63,806 nt of DNA from a virus (lineage: Duplodnaviria; Caudoviricetes). Positions within the stretch are counted from its first letter, which is position 1. Each line of letters starts with the position of its first letter. Position numbers and translations under genes: made by a program. Positions 17,184 to 28,189 of this stretch are shown here, piece by piece. The stretch is taken from positions 1-63,806 of IMG/VR virus record IMGVR_UViG_3300009136_000004, one strand, 5' to 3'. The notes beneath the pieces are model-generated. The model was not told where the DNA came from. It saw nothing but the letters and a program-made list of their open reading frames with translations, and did no database searches.

Positions 17184-19670
17184 ATGGCTGCTCAATCAGG
17201 TCTAGGCTTCTCAGGGATTGTAGCGATCCAGATCCCAGATGATGGGGCTCTTGGCGAGGTTCTGACAAAGCTCTCCGCGGATAACTACGATTATGACTGG
17301 GCTCCAGGCGGAGGTGGAGGCGGAAGCACCATCATCGTTGAAGATGAGGGTGGTGTCGTCGGTGTACCGGCGGACACCCTCAACTTCGTCGGAGCGGGTG
17401 TCACTGCGGCTGGCGCAGGAACAACGAAGACCATCACCATTCCTGGTGGAGGTGGACCAGCTTCAACCGACTGGCTCGAGTTCGTATCTCAAGCGGTCAA
17501 TCCCGGTGCAGTAGCAGCCAACACTCTCTATCAAGATGACGGCTCCAACTTCGATGTTGATACTGTCGTCATGGGTGACCTTACAGTTCCGATGATGCTT
17601 ACTCAGAACGTCGGGTTTGGTAATCCTGGTACTGAGCAAGGCGGCATCCTTGTCAATGGTGCGAACTACAATGCTCACATGAAGGTCAATGACATCGGTG
17701 GTGTTCTTGACGCCACGTTGATCCTTCACAGACATTCGACAGTAGCGCCACCGATCATGACGTTCGCTCTGTCCAACGACAATACTGCGGCTCACACTGC
17801 GGTCACTCTTGGTCAGACTATCGGGTCGATCATCTTCACGGCATGGACTGGCGCTTCTGGCTACGACTTCGGCGCGGTGATGGATGTTCGTATGGCTCCT
17901 ACGGGAACTATCAGCGCGACATCGTCTCCTGCTGAGATAGCGTTCTCCACGGTTCCTGATGGCTCTAACATCGCGCTTCTAGCTCTGCTCCTGGGTTCTG
18001 ATCAGTTTGTATATGGAAGTACCGCAGCAGGTGGAATACTTCCCCTTCAAGGATCTCAGGCTGCTAACCGTGGACGTGTTGAAATTCATGGTGGCGTGGA
18101 CATTGATTGGGATTGGACGACTGACGCCATCACAGCAGGTGGCATTCGATTTGCGAATACCATTCCAGCATCCGGTGGTCTGGTATCAGCGAGCATCTTC
18201 TTAGCGAACACCATCACTGTCAATAATGCTCTGTTCATCATGTCGGCATTGGATGACAACTCCATTCTTACATGGACTGTGAATCCAGGCTTCTCAGTTA
18301 CGACTCTATTCTTTGCTCGTCAGACTTACAGATCGCTCACTCCTGGCATCGCTCCGGCTCAGACCTTCGTGTATGCTGCGCAGTGCGCGTATGATATACA
18401 AGGTGCGGGAGCCATAACGGTCACGAACTATCGGGCGTTGAGTTTCGCCCCGATTATCCGGGTACGGAATGCTGGCGACAACCTGACGATCAGCAATGTC
18501 ACTGGTCTTTCAGTCGGTCCTCTGTGGAACACGAACAACGCAACTGCGATCGCTGACTTCGGAACCATCCGTGGCGTTCACATGCTCAATCCTGCACAGG
18601 CTCTCTTCGGACAGTCTCTCGGTACTGAGCGCGCTGCGAATTACATCGGCCTCGACATGAACAACATCAACATCGCTGTCACGGGTGTTCGAGCTGTTGT
18701 TCGGTCAGCGCTGGTCGCTAACGCATCCAACTTCTTCTTGCTGAACAATAGTACAGCAGAGTCTGACTTCGCGGCAGGTGACATTCATTTCGATGACAAT
18801 ACTTACATCAAGTATGGTGGCTCGATTCCCATAGCTGATGTCTGGAATGGTTGGTTCACATCACAAGCTGCAATGATCTGGTCAACCATCGGAAACATGG
18901 GTAACAACCCGCTGTTCCTACGACCCGCAGCTACAGACACTTGGACCTTCCAACAGAGTAACCTTGGAACGCAGGACATTGGCCTCGGCTTCAACGTCAA
19001 CGCGATCTCGTTCGGCGTTATAGACCCGGTCCCGAACTCGAATAACTGGTTCGTCATCTTCGCTGCTCCCAACTTACGACAGGTTCAAATCGGTGGCGAA
19101 TACTCAGACGTCCTGTGGACTGCAAGCGGCAGCATAGACGTCAACGGTCAAGCTGTCTCTGACTTGCAAGCGTTCAAGATCAACTCGCCAGCGGTCCTAC
19201 TGAACGGTGGCACGATCCAGGACATGAGTAATCTGTTCGTACAGGCAATGCCGTCCTTCGGCGCTACTCGCGTTCAGGCGCTCAGAGTACTAGGTCGCGC
19301 TCGCATTGACGGAGCGATGAACAATGGTAGCCAGACCGAAGCCATCTTCGGTGCTAACCAGAACGACCTTCAGTTAGGACCGAACAACGCTGGTCGAACA
19401 ATGAACCTCTTGTCAGCTAGTCTAGCAGTGAACGTGACCGGCATTGATTCATCGTTCGGCTTTGCTCAAGGAGGTGATCGTATCTGTCTGTATAATACAG
19501 GCGCATTCAATATCTCAATTACGAACCAGGATGTACTGAGCCTCGCAGCGAATCGCATCATCACATCGACTGGTGTAGCTTATGTCCTCGGACCTAACGA
19601 GTGCGTCTGGCTATGGTACGATGACACTGGAACTGCTCGTTGGAGAATGTTAGAGGGGACTGGAGCATGA
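17184..19670 (+). CDS. Fibre/spike protein 1
   Basis: GEVLTKLSADNYDYDW fibre motif, Gly hinges, beta-rich 828 aa. Confidence 0.7.
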   Translation: MAAQSGLGFSGIVAIQIPDDGALGEVLTKLSADNYDYDWAPGGGGGGSTIIVEDEGGVVGVPADTLNFVGAGVTAAGAGTTKTITIPGGGGPASTDWLEFVSQAVNPGAVAANTLYQDDGSNFDVDTVVMGDLTVPMMLTQNVGFGNPGTEQGGILVNGANYNAHMKVNDIGGVLDATLILHRHSTVAPPIMTFALSNDNTAAHTAVTLGQTIGSIIFTAWTGASGYDFGAVMDVRMAPTGTISATSSPAEIAFSTVPDGSNIALLALLLGSDQFVYGSTAAGGILPLQGSQAANRGRVEIHGGVDIDWDWTTDAITAGGIRFANTIPASGGLVSASIFLANTITVNNALFIMSALDDNSILTWTVNPGFSVTTLFFARQTYRSLTPGIAPAQTFVYAAQCAYDIQGAGAITVTNYRALSFAPIIRVRNAGDNLTISNVTGLSVGPLWNTNNATAIADFGTIRGVHMLNPAQALFGQSLGTERAANYIGLDMNNINIAVTGVRAVVRSALVANASNFFLLNNSTAESDFAAGDIHFDDNTYIKYGGSIPIADVWNGWFTSQAAMIWSTIGNMGNNPLFLRPAATDTWTFQQSNLGTQDIGLGFNVNAISFGVIDPVPNSNNWFVIFAAPNLRQVQIGGEYSDVLWTASGSIDVNGQAVSDLQAFKINSPAVLLNGGTIQDMSNLFVQAMPSFGATRVQALRVLGRARIDGAMNNGSQTEAIFGANQNDLQLGPNNAGRTMNLLSASLAVNVTGIDSSFGFAQGGDRICLYNTGAFNISITNQDVLSLAANRIITSTGVAYVLGPNECVWLWYDDTGTARWRMLEGTGA

Positions 19671-19987
19671 TCAGGCTTGACACACTCTTTCGGAACATTC
19701 AGGTCTACACTGTTACGCTGGACTTCCCGAGCGTTGGTTCGCAATCATCTCAGACCATCAATCAGGCTCTGAGTGCTGGAGCAGCGCCACTCGGTTCAAT
19801 CGTGCAACTTCTTCCACTTACAGACGCCTCTTCGTTTGATGATATGATTCTTCAAGCGAACGTGGTGACAGCAGACTCAATCCGGTTTGTGATGGTGAAC
19901 CCGACAGCAGGAGCGATTGACCCTGCTTCGACAAACTTTGCAATTTGGATTGGACAAATCAACACAGACCTCGCGGTGGCACTATGA
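19667..19987 (+). CDS. Small structural protein
   Basis: ATGA overlap; LDFPS..., NPTAGAIDPAS motif. Confidence 0.6.
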   Translation: MIRLDTLFRNIQVYTVTLDFPSVGSQSSQTINQALSAGAAPLGSIVQLLPLTDASSFDDMILQANVVTADSIRFVMVNPTAGAIDPASTNFAIWIGQINTDLAVAL

Positions 19988-20496
19988 CAACATTGAATGA
20001 TGCGTATGAAGCGGGAGTTGATGCGGTGATCGCAGACAACACCCTCAGCAAGAACGGCTTCGAGTCTGCTATACGAGCAGCCGTGTCCCCTCTCAGCATT
20101 GCTGATGCGGATGCGTGGGTCACGGAACTCGTGGATGAGTACAATCGGATAGAGCTTACCAACAACGCGACCTTCGCCAGTTTTCGAAACAAGATAATCA
20201 GTGACGGAAAACTGTTAGCGATGGAAGTGTTCACTGCGATGGCATCGGCAATCAACTTGCTGACGACCACTCCACAAGTTCAGGAAGATATAACTCTGAT
20301 GGACTTGCGTGAAGAGCGCGACAACATCGACGCAGCGATTGACGAGATGAATGTACTTATCGCAGCACAACCGAATGACGTAGTAGGTCGCCTCGTGAAA
20401 GATACATTGCGCATAGGAAAGGATCTTCTACGTGCGCGGAAGGAGCAAGTACGATCAGAAATTAGAGATATCACAGGTGATCCAGATTCACTCTAG
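19984..20496 (+). CDS. Hypothetical protein
   Basis: ATGA overlap; helical. Confidence 0.6.
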   Translation: MTTLNDAYEAGVDAVIADNTLSKNGFESAIRAAVSPLSIADADAWVTELVDEYNRIELTNNATFASFRNKIISDGKLLAMEVFTAMASAINLLTTTPQVQEDITLMDLREERDNIDAAIDEMNVLIAAQPNDVVGRLVKDTLRIGKDLLRARKEQVRSEIRDITGDPDSL

Positions 20497-20505
20497 GAGA
20501 AGACA

Positions 20506-20760
20506 ATGAAGGGTTTCAAACAAGGCGCGCAGTGTGGAACGGGAGTAGCATCCCACGGCGAAGCGATGGGGTTCAAGAAAGGTGGCCGAGTGAAGGTCAA
20601 GGATACTGGCAACATGCCAGCGAAGCCGGACGGTGACAGTCAGCAGGAGAAGGAAGCTGGAGGTCGGCCGAAGGTTCGCCCAGGATACAAGAAGGGCGGA
20701 AAGGCAATGAAGAAAGGCGGCAAGCGAGCCGGTAAAGCAGTGAAACGCGGGAAGAAATAA
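20506..20760 (+). CDS. Small basic protein with three KKGG motifs
   Basis: RBS AGGAG; FKKGGRV, YKKGGKA, MKKGGKR. Confidence 0.7.
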   Translation: MKGFKQGAQCGTGVASHGEAMGFKKGGRVKVKDTGNMPAKPDGDSQQEKEAGGRPKVRPGYKKGGKAMKKGGKRAGKAVKRGKK

Positions 20761-21843
20761 ATGGCAACTTCAGGAACAGTAGGACAGACGGTCTTTGAGA
20801 CGAGGAAGGTGATCGACCATGCCCTCCGTCGTTGCAAAGTTCCGCCTCAGATAATCACGAGTGAGCACATAGACACGGCTCTGGATCTGTTGTTCCTGAA
20901 CCTGTCTGCGCTCGCGTCTTACGGCATCCCGCTATTCGTCATTGAGAAGGTCATCTTGCCCATCTATCGGGGTCAACGGTCAGTGCCGTTGCCGGTAGGA
21001 ACAGTCGATATGATGACCATGAACATCCGTGATTTGAACAGGGTACTCGGTCAGACTGACACAGCGAGTGAAGGTATTCCCGCGAATGCGTTTGATACCG
21101 ATCTGGCGACGTCCCTCGTGCAGACTATCCCGGCTGGATGGGTGCAGACTGACTACGGTGACGGGAATCAGGCACAGATCGACAACTATGGCATCTTCTT
21201 CACGAACGCAGTGGCCGAAGTGTGGGATATCACCATACAAGGGTCGCAGGATGGCATCACTTACACTGATCTCTATGCGAACGCGGAGCTCGATGCGATT
21301 CCAGGTGACTGGTTCTGGCTCGATTTGGAGGAGCAAGTCCCCTGGAGGTTCATTAGGCTCCAGGCGAACGGCACTACGATCCTCAATATAGCGGAATTCT
21401 ACCTCGGAAACACTGCCAATGAGATTCCAATGCCGAAAATTGCGTTGGATAGCTACTCGAACCTCCCTGATAAGACGTTCTTGAGCCGTCCGACGGAGTA
21501 TTGGTACGATAAACAGGGAACGACGCCGAGTGGGCAGAGCATTCTGACTGTCTGGCCGCTCCCAGACACTGAATTTACGTTCTTTCAGTACATTCTCTAC
21601 GTCAAAAGGCAGATCCAGGACATCGGTACGATGGTTCAGGAGATTGAAGTCCCTCAACGATGGTATGAGTTCGTGATCTGCGATCTTGCGCGCAAGTGTG
21701 TGAGGGAAATTGCTGAATCAGACATCAGTCGGTTGCCTATACTGGACGCAGACTTTGAAAAGGAGTCGATTAACGTATGGGCTGGCGAGGATGACGGCGC
21801 TCCAGTGCGCATCACGCCACGAATAGGAGTATATACAAGGTGA
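20761..21843 (+). CDS. Head-tail adaptor-like protein with inserted discoidin (F5/8C)-like domain
   Basis: MATSGT N-terminus; AFDTD...W, IQGSQDG, WRFIRL discoidin-like motifs; TVWPLPD, EVPQRWYE. Confidence 0.6.
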   Translation: MATSGTVGQTVFETRKVIDHALRRCKVPPQIITSEHIDTALDLLFLNLSALASYGIPLFVIEKVILPIYRGQRSVPLPVGTVDMMTMNIRDLNRVLGQTDTASEGIPANAFDTDLATSLVQTIPAGWVQTDYGDGNQAQIDNYGIFFTNAVAEVWDITIQGSQDGITYTDLYANAELDAIPGDWFWLDLEEQVPWRFIRLQANGTTILNIAEFYLGNTANEIPMPKIALDSYSNLPDKTFLSRPTEYWYDKQGTTPSGQSILTVWPLPDTEFTFFQYILYVKRQIQDIGTMVQEIEVPQRWYEFVICDLARKCVREIAESDISRLPILDADFEKESINVWAGEDDGAPVRITPRIGVYTR

Positions 21844-22199
21844 GCATCTTCATAGACCCATCCGGCTCCTCAACCTTCGGAATTGGCATCTGTGCAAGGT
21901 GCAGCCGAAAGCTGAAGCTCGAGGATCTGTATGATGATCCGAACGCTCCAGGCCTCAAGGTCTGTCTTGAAGACCTGGATGACTATGATCCGTATCGCCT
22001 TGCTGCAAGACCGACAGAAGACATCAACCTCATCTTCACGCGGCCGGATAGACCACTGAATGAACTGGATGGGGACCCGACGTTCTCGCTACTCTACATT
22101 CGTGCGACTGCGGTTGGACAACTTCGCGTGACGGAATCAGGTGTGTTCCGCGATATAGAAGAAGCACTGGACGGCGGAACGCCTCCATGGGAGTTATAG
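21840..22199 (+). CDS. Cys-motif hypothetical protein
   Basis: ICARC...GLKVC...D.YDP; GTGA overlap. Confidence 0.65.
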   Translation: MSIFIDPSGSSTFGIGICARCSRKLKLEDLYDDPNAPGLKVCLEDLDDYDPYRLAARPTEDINLIFTRPDRPLNELDGDPTFSLLYIRATAVGQLRVTESGVFRDIEEALDGGTPPWEL

Positions 22200-22200
22200 A

Positions 22201-25200
22201 ATGAGTGTAAAGATTACAGGTCTAGGCGACGTTATCCTGCCACTGGTAGGGAGTGAAGTCTTAGAAATCTCTCAGATGGTCAGCGGAGTCTGGCTGAGTA
22301 AGAAGATCACGGTCACTGATCTCAGCGCCAACATAGGAGGGCTGGATGCGGACTTCGTAACGCTCTCGGCGAACGTGCAACTTCCCAATGAGCGGATCTT
22401 GACGGCTGGGACGAACATCAGTATTGTTGATGGTGGACCTGGAAGTACGATAACGATCAACGGTACTACTCCGCCTCCTCCGGCTGGCAACTTGCCGATT
22501 CCGACGGTACTCAACTCTATGCTCATCTCTGACGGTGTGTCAGCGTGGCTAGAAGCGCCGAGTATAACCTACAATGAGGTGAATAAGGAACTGCACATAG
22601 ACGCAAGTAGTGGCGTCGGTGCTGCTCTAAACTTTGATAGCATCGATCCGAGTGGTATCGTGATCCGGATGGGCGGCGTCGGCTCGGGCTCGACCAACTA
22701 CGTCGCTATGCGGATGGATGATCAGACCGGCGGCAACTTCTTCTTATGGCGACACGATTACGGTTTATCCAGCGCGAACCATGAACTTACGCTGGAGTCC
22801 AGCCAATTCGGTACTCTTTATGAATTCGAGAATGAAGGTAATATGTGGTTCTGCGGGTCTGAGTTGGCTGCTCGTCTTGCAATCATCCCCGGCTCTAATC
22901 AAGTACGCATAGCGCAGAACGCATCACTCTACTTCGATGAGATTGCTGCGGCGAACGGCGACCAGTCTGGGTTCGGTCAGCTCTATGTTGATTCGGGCGA
23001 CGGTGGACTGTATTATAAGTACAACGCAGTCGCGACGGTTCGCCTGGATGTTAGCAGTGCATCGCTCGCATCACTCAGTGACGTCAACCTGACTGGTCAG
23101 GCTCAGTATGATCTGCTCTTCAACGTAGACGGCGCGAACTGGGAGGACACTGCTGGCAATCTGATCTTTGATCTTGCGGCACAAGCTCTTCAATTTGCGT
23201 CTGGCTTCGGCATCAACATGGGAGCCACTCCGACCAGAGTTTTGGAGATGGCGTCTTCGGGCACTCCTTCTGTCACCATCGAACACACGACTGTTGAAGT
23301 AATTGCTGAAGTTAGTACGGTCAGTAATTCGGAAGTCCCGCTCACAGGTGGTACTCTCCCACTCCTAACGGAAGGAGATGAGTATCTTCTGATGGCTGTC
23401 GCTCAGCATCACCAAGGAAATACAGGTGGTGAAAACGTACACGGAGCGGACATCGCGGTCGCATCGGCATCAGGCGTTCCGTTCAGTAATATGCGGGATG
23501 ACATTGAGCCTCCTGCATGTGCAGTCGCTTCGGATCAGGGACAATGGTTCACTGGCATGAACCAGATTCAATACTCGGTTGCTAGTCACGGTCAGATTAC
23601 CTTAGAGCATTCGGCTGGAGCAGGTCAGACGCACTATGTCAACAACGCGATCTTGATGGCATTCAACCTCACGGACTTCGGTGTTGAGAACACTGATTGG
23701 TTCAACAGCACTACGGCTCCGTTCGTCACGGTGACAGATGCAGGATGGTCGAACCTATCTCCAACCATCACGATCGGCGATGGCGTCAGCGACTGGCTGC
23801 TCTTCGGTTCCTTCCAGGTTGATCAACCCCAAGCAGGCGGACAAATTCAGTTCGGTCTGTTCAACGGTTCTGTCAACACTGAATACGCGATGCATCAGTT
23901 CGCAGACACGCAAGATATCAAGAGCATCGTCTTCTCGGCTGTCTTCACGGGGATTGCTGCCACTACGTTCCAGACTGCGGCTCGTGCAGTTGCCGCTTCT
24001 GGTAACACGGCTCGCATCTTCACTAGCGGCATCTACGCTCTTCGCCTGAACCGCTTCGCGCAGTATTCTATCCAGTCCGCCGCCGGTCCAACGAACCCAG
24101 GAAGCGGAGCTGAGTTCTCCCTGCTTACTGATAGCGTCGTTGCCAGTAGTTCTAGTGACTGGGGGATTATGGCATTCGCTCAGAATCGGTGGGTTGGAAA
24201 CGCGCTCTCTGGTACTGTCTACGGCAGAGCGAACATCAATGCCGGTGGATTCACAACCATCGCAGGGTTCGATACTCCTCCTGTATCAGTAGTAGAGAAC
24301 GCGGCAGTTGAGCGCACACCGAAGGTCATGGTCCCACGTATCACTGAACTCACAGGCGTCGTGGCGACGGATACTGTCGGAGCAGAGCTAAGATGGATTC
24401 CTGCTTCTACGTTCGCAACTGACGAAGCCAGTGTTTACAACATGGTGATGTTCACGTGGGATACGTTTGATAGTTCCGTCAACGCGACTACACTTGGTGA
24501 TCCAACCATAGATACTCGAATTGACGGTGCAGCAGTCAACTTCTTCGGCGAGTATAGCCTTCCACTCCTTGACGGTGCAGCAGGTGAAGGTCTCGTCACT
24601 GACGGTCTTGGTCAACTGTCATTCGCGGCAGCGTCCATCCCTGACCCACTGATTCTCGGGTCTATCAACTTGACCAGCGCGCTATCTACTTCAGCTCTCG
24701 GCGCTCCGTACGCTAACGTCCCGATCAACATCGGTAATAGTTTGTCGGGTACGCAAGGCATGACGCAACTGTCACGTCAGAGGATTCAGACGAAGCCAAG
24801 TGCGTTCAGTTTCAACTCTACACTGTTCATCAACACTGACGGTGCAGGAACCTCCGGGTCTGACACCATCATCGGTGGTCTTAATAGTGCGAACATCGAG
24901 GTTGAGTTCGGTGTCGCAGTCAGATTCCAACATGCTCTGTTGGCTACAGTCGTAGCCGAGACTACTTCGGCTGCTGCTGGCGGATTCCTAGCGAATAACC
25001 TTGCGACAGGTGCAGGTCTCGAGCGAGTACTGACAACGTCTGACCTCGGTGGAGGCGGGATTGGTGGATCCATCGCCATTGATCAACTCGCGTTTGGATC
25101 TGGTGTTGACACCATTGAAGGCAGCGCCAACTTGATGTGGAACGACGTCATTCTTACGGCTGGCAGTACCGCACAATCGGCAGCAACCGGATTCCTCGCT

Positions 25201-25977
25201 CAGAACAACGCTGGCGGCATTCGTCTGATGATTGTCAACGCAACCGGGCAGGGAACATTGACTCAGTTCAGTGCTGCTGGCGCGGTTGAAGATACCTGGA
25301 TGACATTCGATCGCAATGCCGGTATCACGATGAAGTACAACAATCTCAACCGACTAGCGACTACCAGCATCGGTGTCCTGCTTCAAGGTCCAGCTAATCC
25401 ACTGTTGCAGATAACTCTGGACGTTGCGAACACTGTTGACTTCGACTTTACGAACTGTACCCGGTGGAACCTTAACAGTTTCACTAGGGCTGATTTCAGC
25501 AATTTGATTCTTGAGAACATCAGCGGATTGTATCTGGCTGAACGCGGCTCTGCTCAAGCCAATGTTGCTAATCAGGGTCAATTCTGGGTACGCTCAAGTG
25601 CTCCGAATCGTCCGACCTTCACCGATGATACTGGCATCGACCAGTTACTTGATCCGTCTATCTCTGAAATCATTTCGGTAGTCGCTAGTCGCGTCGGCAT
25701 ACTTACTGACAAGGGTAAGACGGTTGGATTTACTGGATCTACAGCAGCACAGACAATGACCATCCCGGCAAGTGGCTCAGTCGCTTACCAGATAGGCACT
25801 CTGCTCGCGTGGGACAACAGTGGATCGGTGAGCATCAGCATTGCAATCACGACTGACACCTTGATCTTCGCAGATGATAACTCAACAGGAACAAGGACTC
25901 TGGCTGCTGGAGGAGCAGCCGTCGCACAGAAGGTCGGAGCTACGACTTGGAAAATCAGCGGAGCAGGACTAAGCTGA
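22201..25977 (+). CDS. Fibre/spike protein 2 (1258 aa)
   Basis: LTAGTNISI, LASLSDV, GLVTDGLGQLSF fibre motifs; C-terminal TWKISG module. Confidence 0.75.
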   Translation: MSVKITGLGDVILPLVGSEVLEISQMVSGVWLSKKITVTDLSANIGGLDADFVTLSANVQLPNERILTAGTNISIVDGGPGSTITINGTTPPPPAGNLPIPTVLNSMLISDGVSAWLEAPSITYNEVNKELHIDASSGVGAALNFDSIDPSGIVIRMGGVGSGSTNYVAMRMDDQTGGNFFLWRHDYGLSSANHELTLESSQFGTLYEFENEGNMWFCGSELAARLAIIPGSNQVRIAQNASLYFDEIAAANGDQSGFGQLYVDSGDGGLYYKYNAVATVRLDVSSASLASLSDVNLTGQAQYDLLFNVDGANWEDTAGNLIFDLAAQALQFASGFGINMGATPTRVLEMASSGTPSVTIEHTTVEVIAEVSTVSNSEVPLTGGTLPLLTEGDEYLLMAVAQHHQGNTGGENVHGADIAVASASGVPFSNMRDDIEPPACAVASDQGQWFTGMNQIQYSVASHGQITLEHSAGAGQTHYVNNAILMAFNLTDFGVENTDWFNSTTAPFVTVTDAGWSNLSPTITIGDGVSDWLLFGSFQVDQPQAGGQIQFGLFNGSVNTEYAMHQFADTQDIKSIVFSAVFTGIAATTFQTAARAVAASGNTARIFTSGIYALRLNRFAQYSIQSAAGPTNPGSGAEFSLLTDSVVASSSSDWGIMAFAQNRWVGNALSGTVYGRANINAGGFTTIAGFDTPPVSVVENAAVERTPKVMVPRITELTGVVATDTVGAELRWIPASTFATDEASVYNMVMFTWDTFDSSVNATTLGDPTIDTRIDGAAVNFFGEYSLPLLDGAAGEGLVTDGLGQLSFAAASIPDPLILGSINLTSALSTSALGAPYANVPINIGNSLSGTQGMTQLSRQRIQTKPSAFSFNSTLFINTDGAGTSGSDTIIGGLNSANIEVEFGVAVRFQHALLATVVAETTSAAAGGFLANNLATGAGLERVLTTSDLGGGGIGGSIAIDQLAFGSGVDTIEGSANLMWNDVILTAGSTAQSAATGFLAQNNAGGIRLMIVNATGQGTLTQFSAAGAVEDTWMTFDRNAGITMKYNNLNRLATTSIGVLLQGPANPLLQITLDVANTVDFDFTNCTRWNLNSFTRADFSNLILENISGLYLAERGSAQANVANQGQFWVRSSAPNRPTFTDDTGIDQLLDPSISEIISVVASRVGILTDKGKTVGFTGSTAAQTMTIPASGSVAYQIGTLLAWDNSGSVSISIAITTDTLIFADDNSTGTRTLAAGGAAVAQKVGATTWKISGAGLS

Positions 25978-26432
25978 TGCCAATTCTGCAAAGAAAGATG
26001 TCAGTCAGTAAAGGAGCGGGAGGACCTCAGTTCCTGGCTGGAAGTTATACCTATTCTGACTTCGCGCTACCTCCAGGGGAACCGGAAGCAGGGTGTATAA
26101 TTGAACTCGATTTCGATGGATCCATGGATCTTGTTCGCATTGCTGGTTCGAATGTACCAAACATCAGTCGCTGGGATGGTAACAACACTCTTGATGAGGC
26201 TGATTATGATTTTCGGCTTGACGTATCTGTTGGAAGTTTCAATTGGGGTCCGGGTGACCCTGTCAACACTTGGCTCCTAGGATCTGCTATGGGTGGATTC
26301 TACGCATGGGGAGTATCAGAAACCGGCATCGGCACTCAAGTCGGAGTAGGCACATTGAGGATTCGTCCCACTGGAGGTGGAGCTGATATTACAACTGCTT
26401 CTCTGTCACTTACAGGGGAGAGGACACCATGA
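25977..26432 (+). CDS. Fibre-associated protein
   Basis: TGATG coupling; beta-rich. Confidence 0.55.
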   Translation: MPILQRKMSVSKGAGGPQFLAGSYTYSDFALPPGEPEAGCIIELDFDGSMDLVRIAGSNVPNISRWDGNNTLDEADYDFRLDVSVGSFNWGPGDPVNTWLLGSAMGGFYAWGVSETGIGTQVGVGTLRIRPTGGGADITTASLSLTGERTP

Positions 26433-26478
26433 TGATGATCGAAAGTAAAACTAATCTTATAATCAAAGAGGAAGTAAA

Positions 26479-26733
26479 ATGAACGCAAAGACGCAACCAC
26501 AGCAAGTCCAAGTTCAGCCTGAGCAGGTTCAGGGAGCAGCAGCAGCAGGAGTGAAGTTACTCACTGACGACGCACGAGTGAACGTCCCGCCGAGTATGGC
26601 GCAGGACGGTACATTCGTTCTTCTGACGGGGTTACTCCAGGCTCTGGCAACTGGTCAAGCAGTATTAGGCAATCCGCAGGACGTAGTTCCACCGACAGGT
26701 GAAGACGGCGAAGGCGGAGGCGAAGGAGAGTAA
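26479..26733 (+). CDS. Hypothetical protein
   Basis: RBS GAGGAAG; clean ORF. Confidence 0.6.
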   Translation: MNAKTQPQQVQVQPEQVQGAAAAGVKLLTDDARVNVPPSMAQDGTFVLLTGLLQALATGQAVLGNPQDVVPPTGEDGEGGGEGE

Positions 26734-26734
26734 G

Positions 26735-27085
26735 ATGAGCACAGCAAAAGAGCGTGGGATTCGCATTGGCGTCAATCAGATCGTGACGTATGCGACTCTC
26801 ATACCTATCTTCTGGTTCATAGCGCAACCACTCATCGTGGAAGCTTTGGCTGAAGATATCAAGGCGACAGTACAGACGCAAGTTCAACCGATCAATAATG
26901 CGTTCGTCGCTCTTTTGCAGCGGGACATCAACGCCACGAAGAAGGATATCGCGGCGTTGAGGTTCCGTCAACGACAGGAAGACGATTGGACGGCGGAGGA
27001 TGCTGCGTACCTAGCTGATCTGGAGATTCAAGTAGAAGCTCTGGAAGAGGCGAAGGCAGCGTTACTCAGAGGAGTTGTAGACTGA
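26735..27085 (+). CDS. Single-TM coiled-coil protein (possible lysis accessory)
   Basis: N-proximal hydrophobic helix; directly upstream of putative endolysin. Confidence 0.5.
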   Translation: MSTAKERGIRIGVNQIVTYATLIPIFWFIAQPLIVEALAEDIKATVQTQVQPINNAFVALLQRDINATKKDIAALRFRQRQEDDWTAEDAAYLADLEIQVEALEEAKAALLRGVVD

Positions 27086-27537
27086 TGGAACTGAAGCTGA
27101 AACGCTTCTCCGGCGCTGATGAGTCCACACTCGGGCTCATCTCTGTTGATGGCAGATTTTCCTGTTACTCACTGGAAGATCAGTGGAACGTGCCGAAGGT
27201 TCCTGGTGAGACGCGCATACCTCCAGGTCGATACGAGGTTATACTTCGCATTGACGGCGGCATGAATGAGCGTTACGCTGATCGGTTTGACTTTCATAGA
27301 GGGATGCTCTGGCTTCAAGATGTTCCGGACTTCACTTTCATCTACATCCATACGGGGAACACCGATGATCATTCAGAAGGGTGTATCCTCGTTGGCGATG
27401 GTCAGGTTCAAAACATAACTGAGCGAGGTCAGGTAACAAGTTCAGTTTCAGCATACACTCGACTTTACAAGGTAGTCACAGAAGCAATACTGCGTGAAGA
27501 AGTGTGGATCACAGTAGAAGATGAGGAGAGGTCATGA
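27085..27537 (+). CDS. DUF5675-like putative endolysin
   Basis: STLG...YSLE, IPPGRY, IHTGNT..HSEGCILVG; located next to holin-like gene. Confidence 0.7.
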   Translation: MELKLKRFSGADESTLGLISVDGRFSCYSLEDQWNVPKVPGETRIPPGRYEVILRIDGGMNERYADRFDFHRGMLWLQDVPDFTFIYIHTGNTDDHSEGCILVGDGQVQNITERGQVTSSVSAYTRLYKVVTEAILREEVWITVEDEERS

Positions 27538-27770
27538 ATACGAATACACTTGTTGGAGCACTAATAGCGGCGCTGATTCTGTTTGGATCGAGTGTCGTAA
27601 CGCTGTTCACTGCTAACCCCGAACTCAATTTCGCAGACTTTTCAACTGCGATGTGGGTTTCGATGGTCGGTGGTGCTGTAGTGGCATTTCTCAAGGACTA
27701 TCAGGCGATCTCCACTCGTCGGCTGGTCAATAAGGTAACTGGAAGTGGAGATGGAGGAGGTGCAGTATAA
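27534..27770 (+). CDS. Putative holin
   Basis: 78 aa, two TM helices, basic C-terminal region. Confidence 0.6.
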   Translation: MNTNTLVGALIAALILFGSSVVTLFTANPELNFADFSTAMWVSMVGGAVVAFLKDYQAISTRRLVNKVTGSGDGGGAV

Positions 27771-28189
27771 TGAAGTATCGACTGAAGCAAACGGCTCAGG
27801 CAGTCTATTTGCTGGTGATCATGATTGGACTCCAGGCTTGTGCGGCGTCCAATCCGATCTCAAAAGCAGAAACGACTGAGCAGAGAGCGTTCGCTACCTA
27901 TGGCACGTTCGTCATCATCGAGGAGCAAGCCGCGAAGCTTGTTTCTAGCGGAGAAATCCCTAGGAGCGCAGTGATCGCGATTGGCAGAGCCGATGAACGA
28001 GCGAAGCCAGTGGCAGACGCACTGCTAGACGCAACCCTGGAGTTCACAGTAATCAGGGTTGAGTTTGAAGCGAACGGCGAAGGGCAGGAACAGTTCATTG
28101 AATCCATGAATGATCTAAATAATTGGGTTGAACGAGCGAAGCCGCTCATCGCTAATCTTATATCCGCAGTGAAGGGAGCAGAACAATGA
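27770..28189 (+). CDS. Lipoprotein (spanin-like)
   Basis: Signal peptide with lipobox LQAC; within lysis cassette. Confidence 0.6.
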   Translation: MKYRLKQTAQAVYLLVIMIGLQACAASNPISKAETTEQRAFATYGTFVIIEEQAAKLVSSGEIPRSAVIAIGRADERAKPVADALLDATLEFTVIRVEFEANGEGQEQFIESMNDLNNWVERAKPLIANLISAVKGAEQ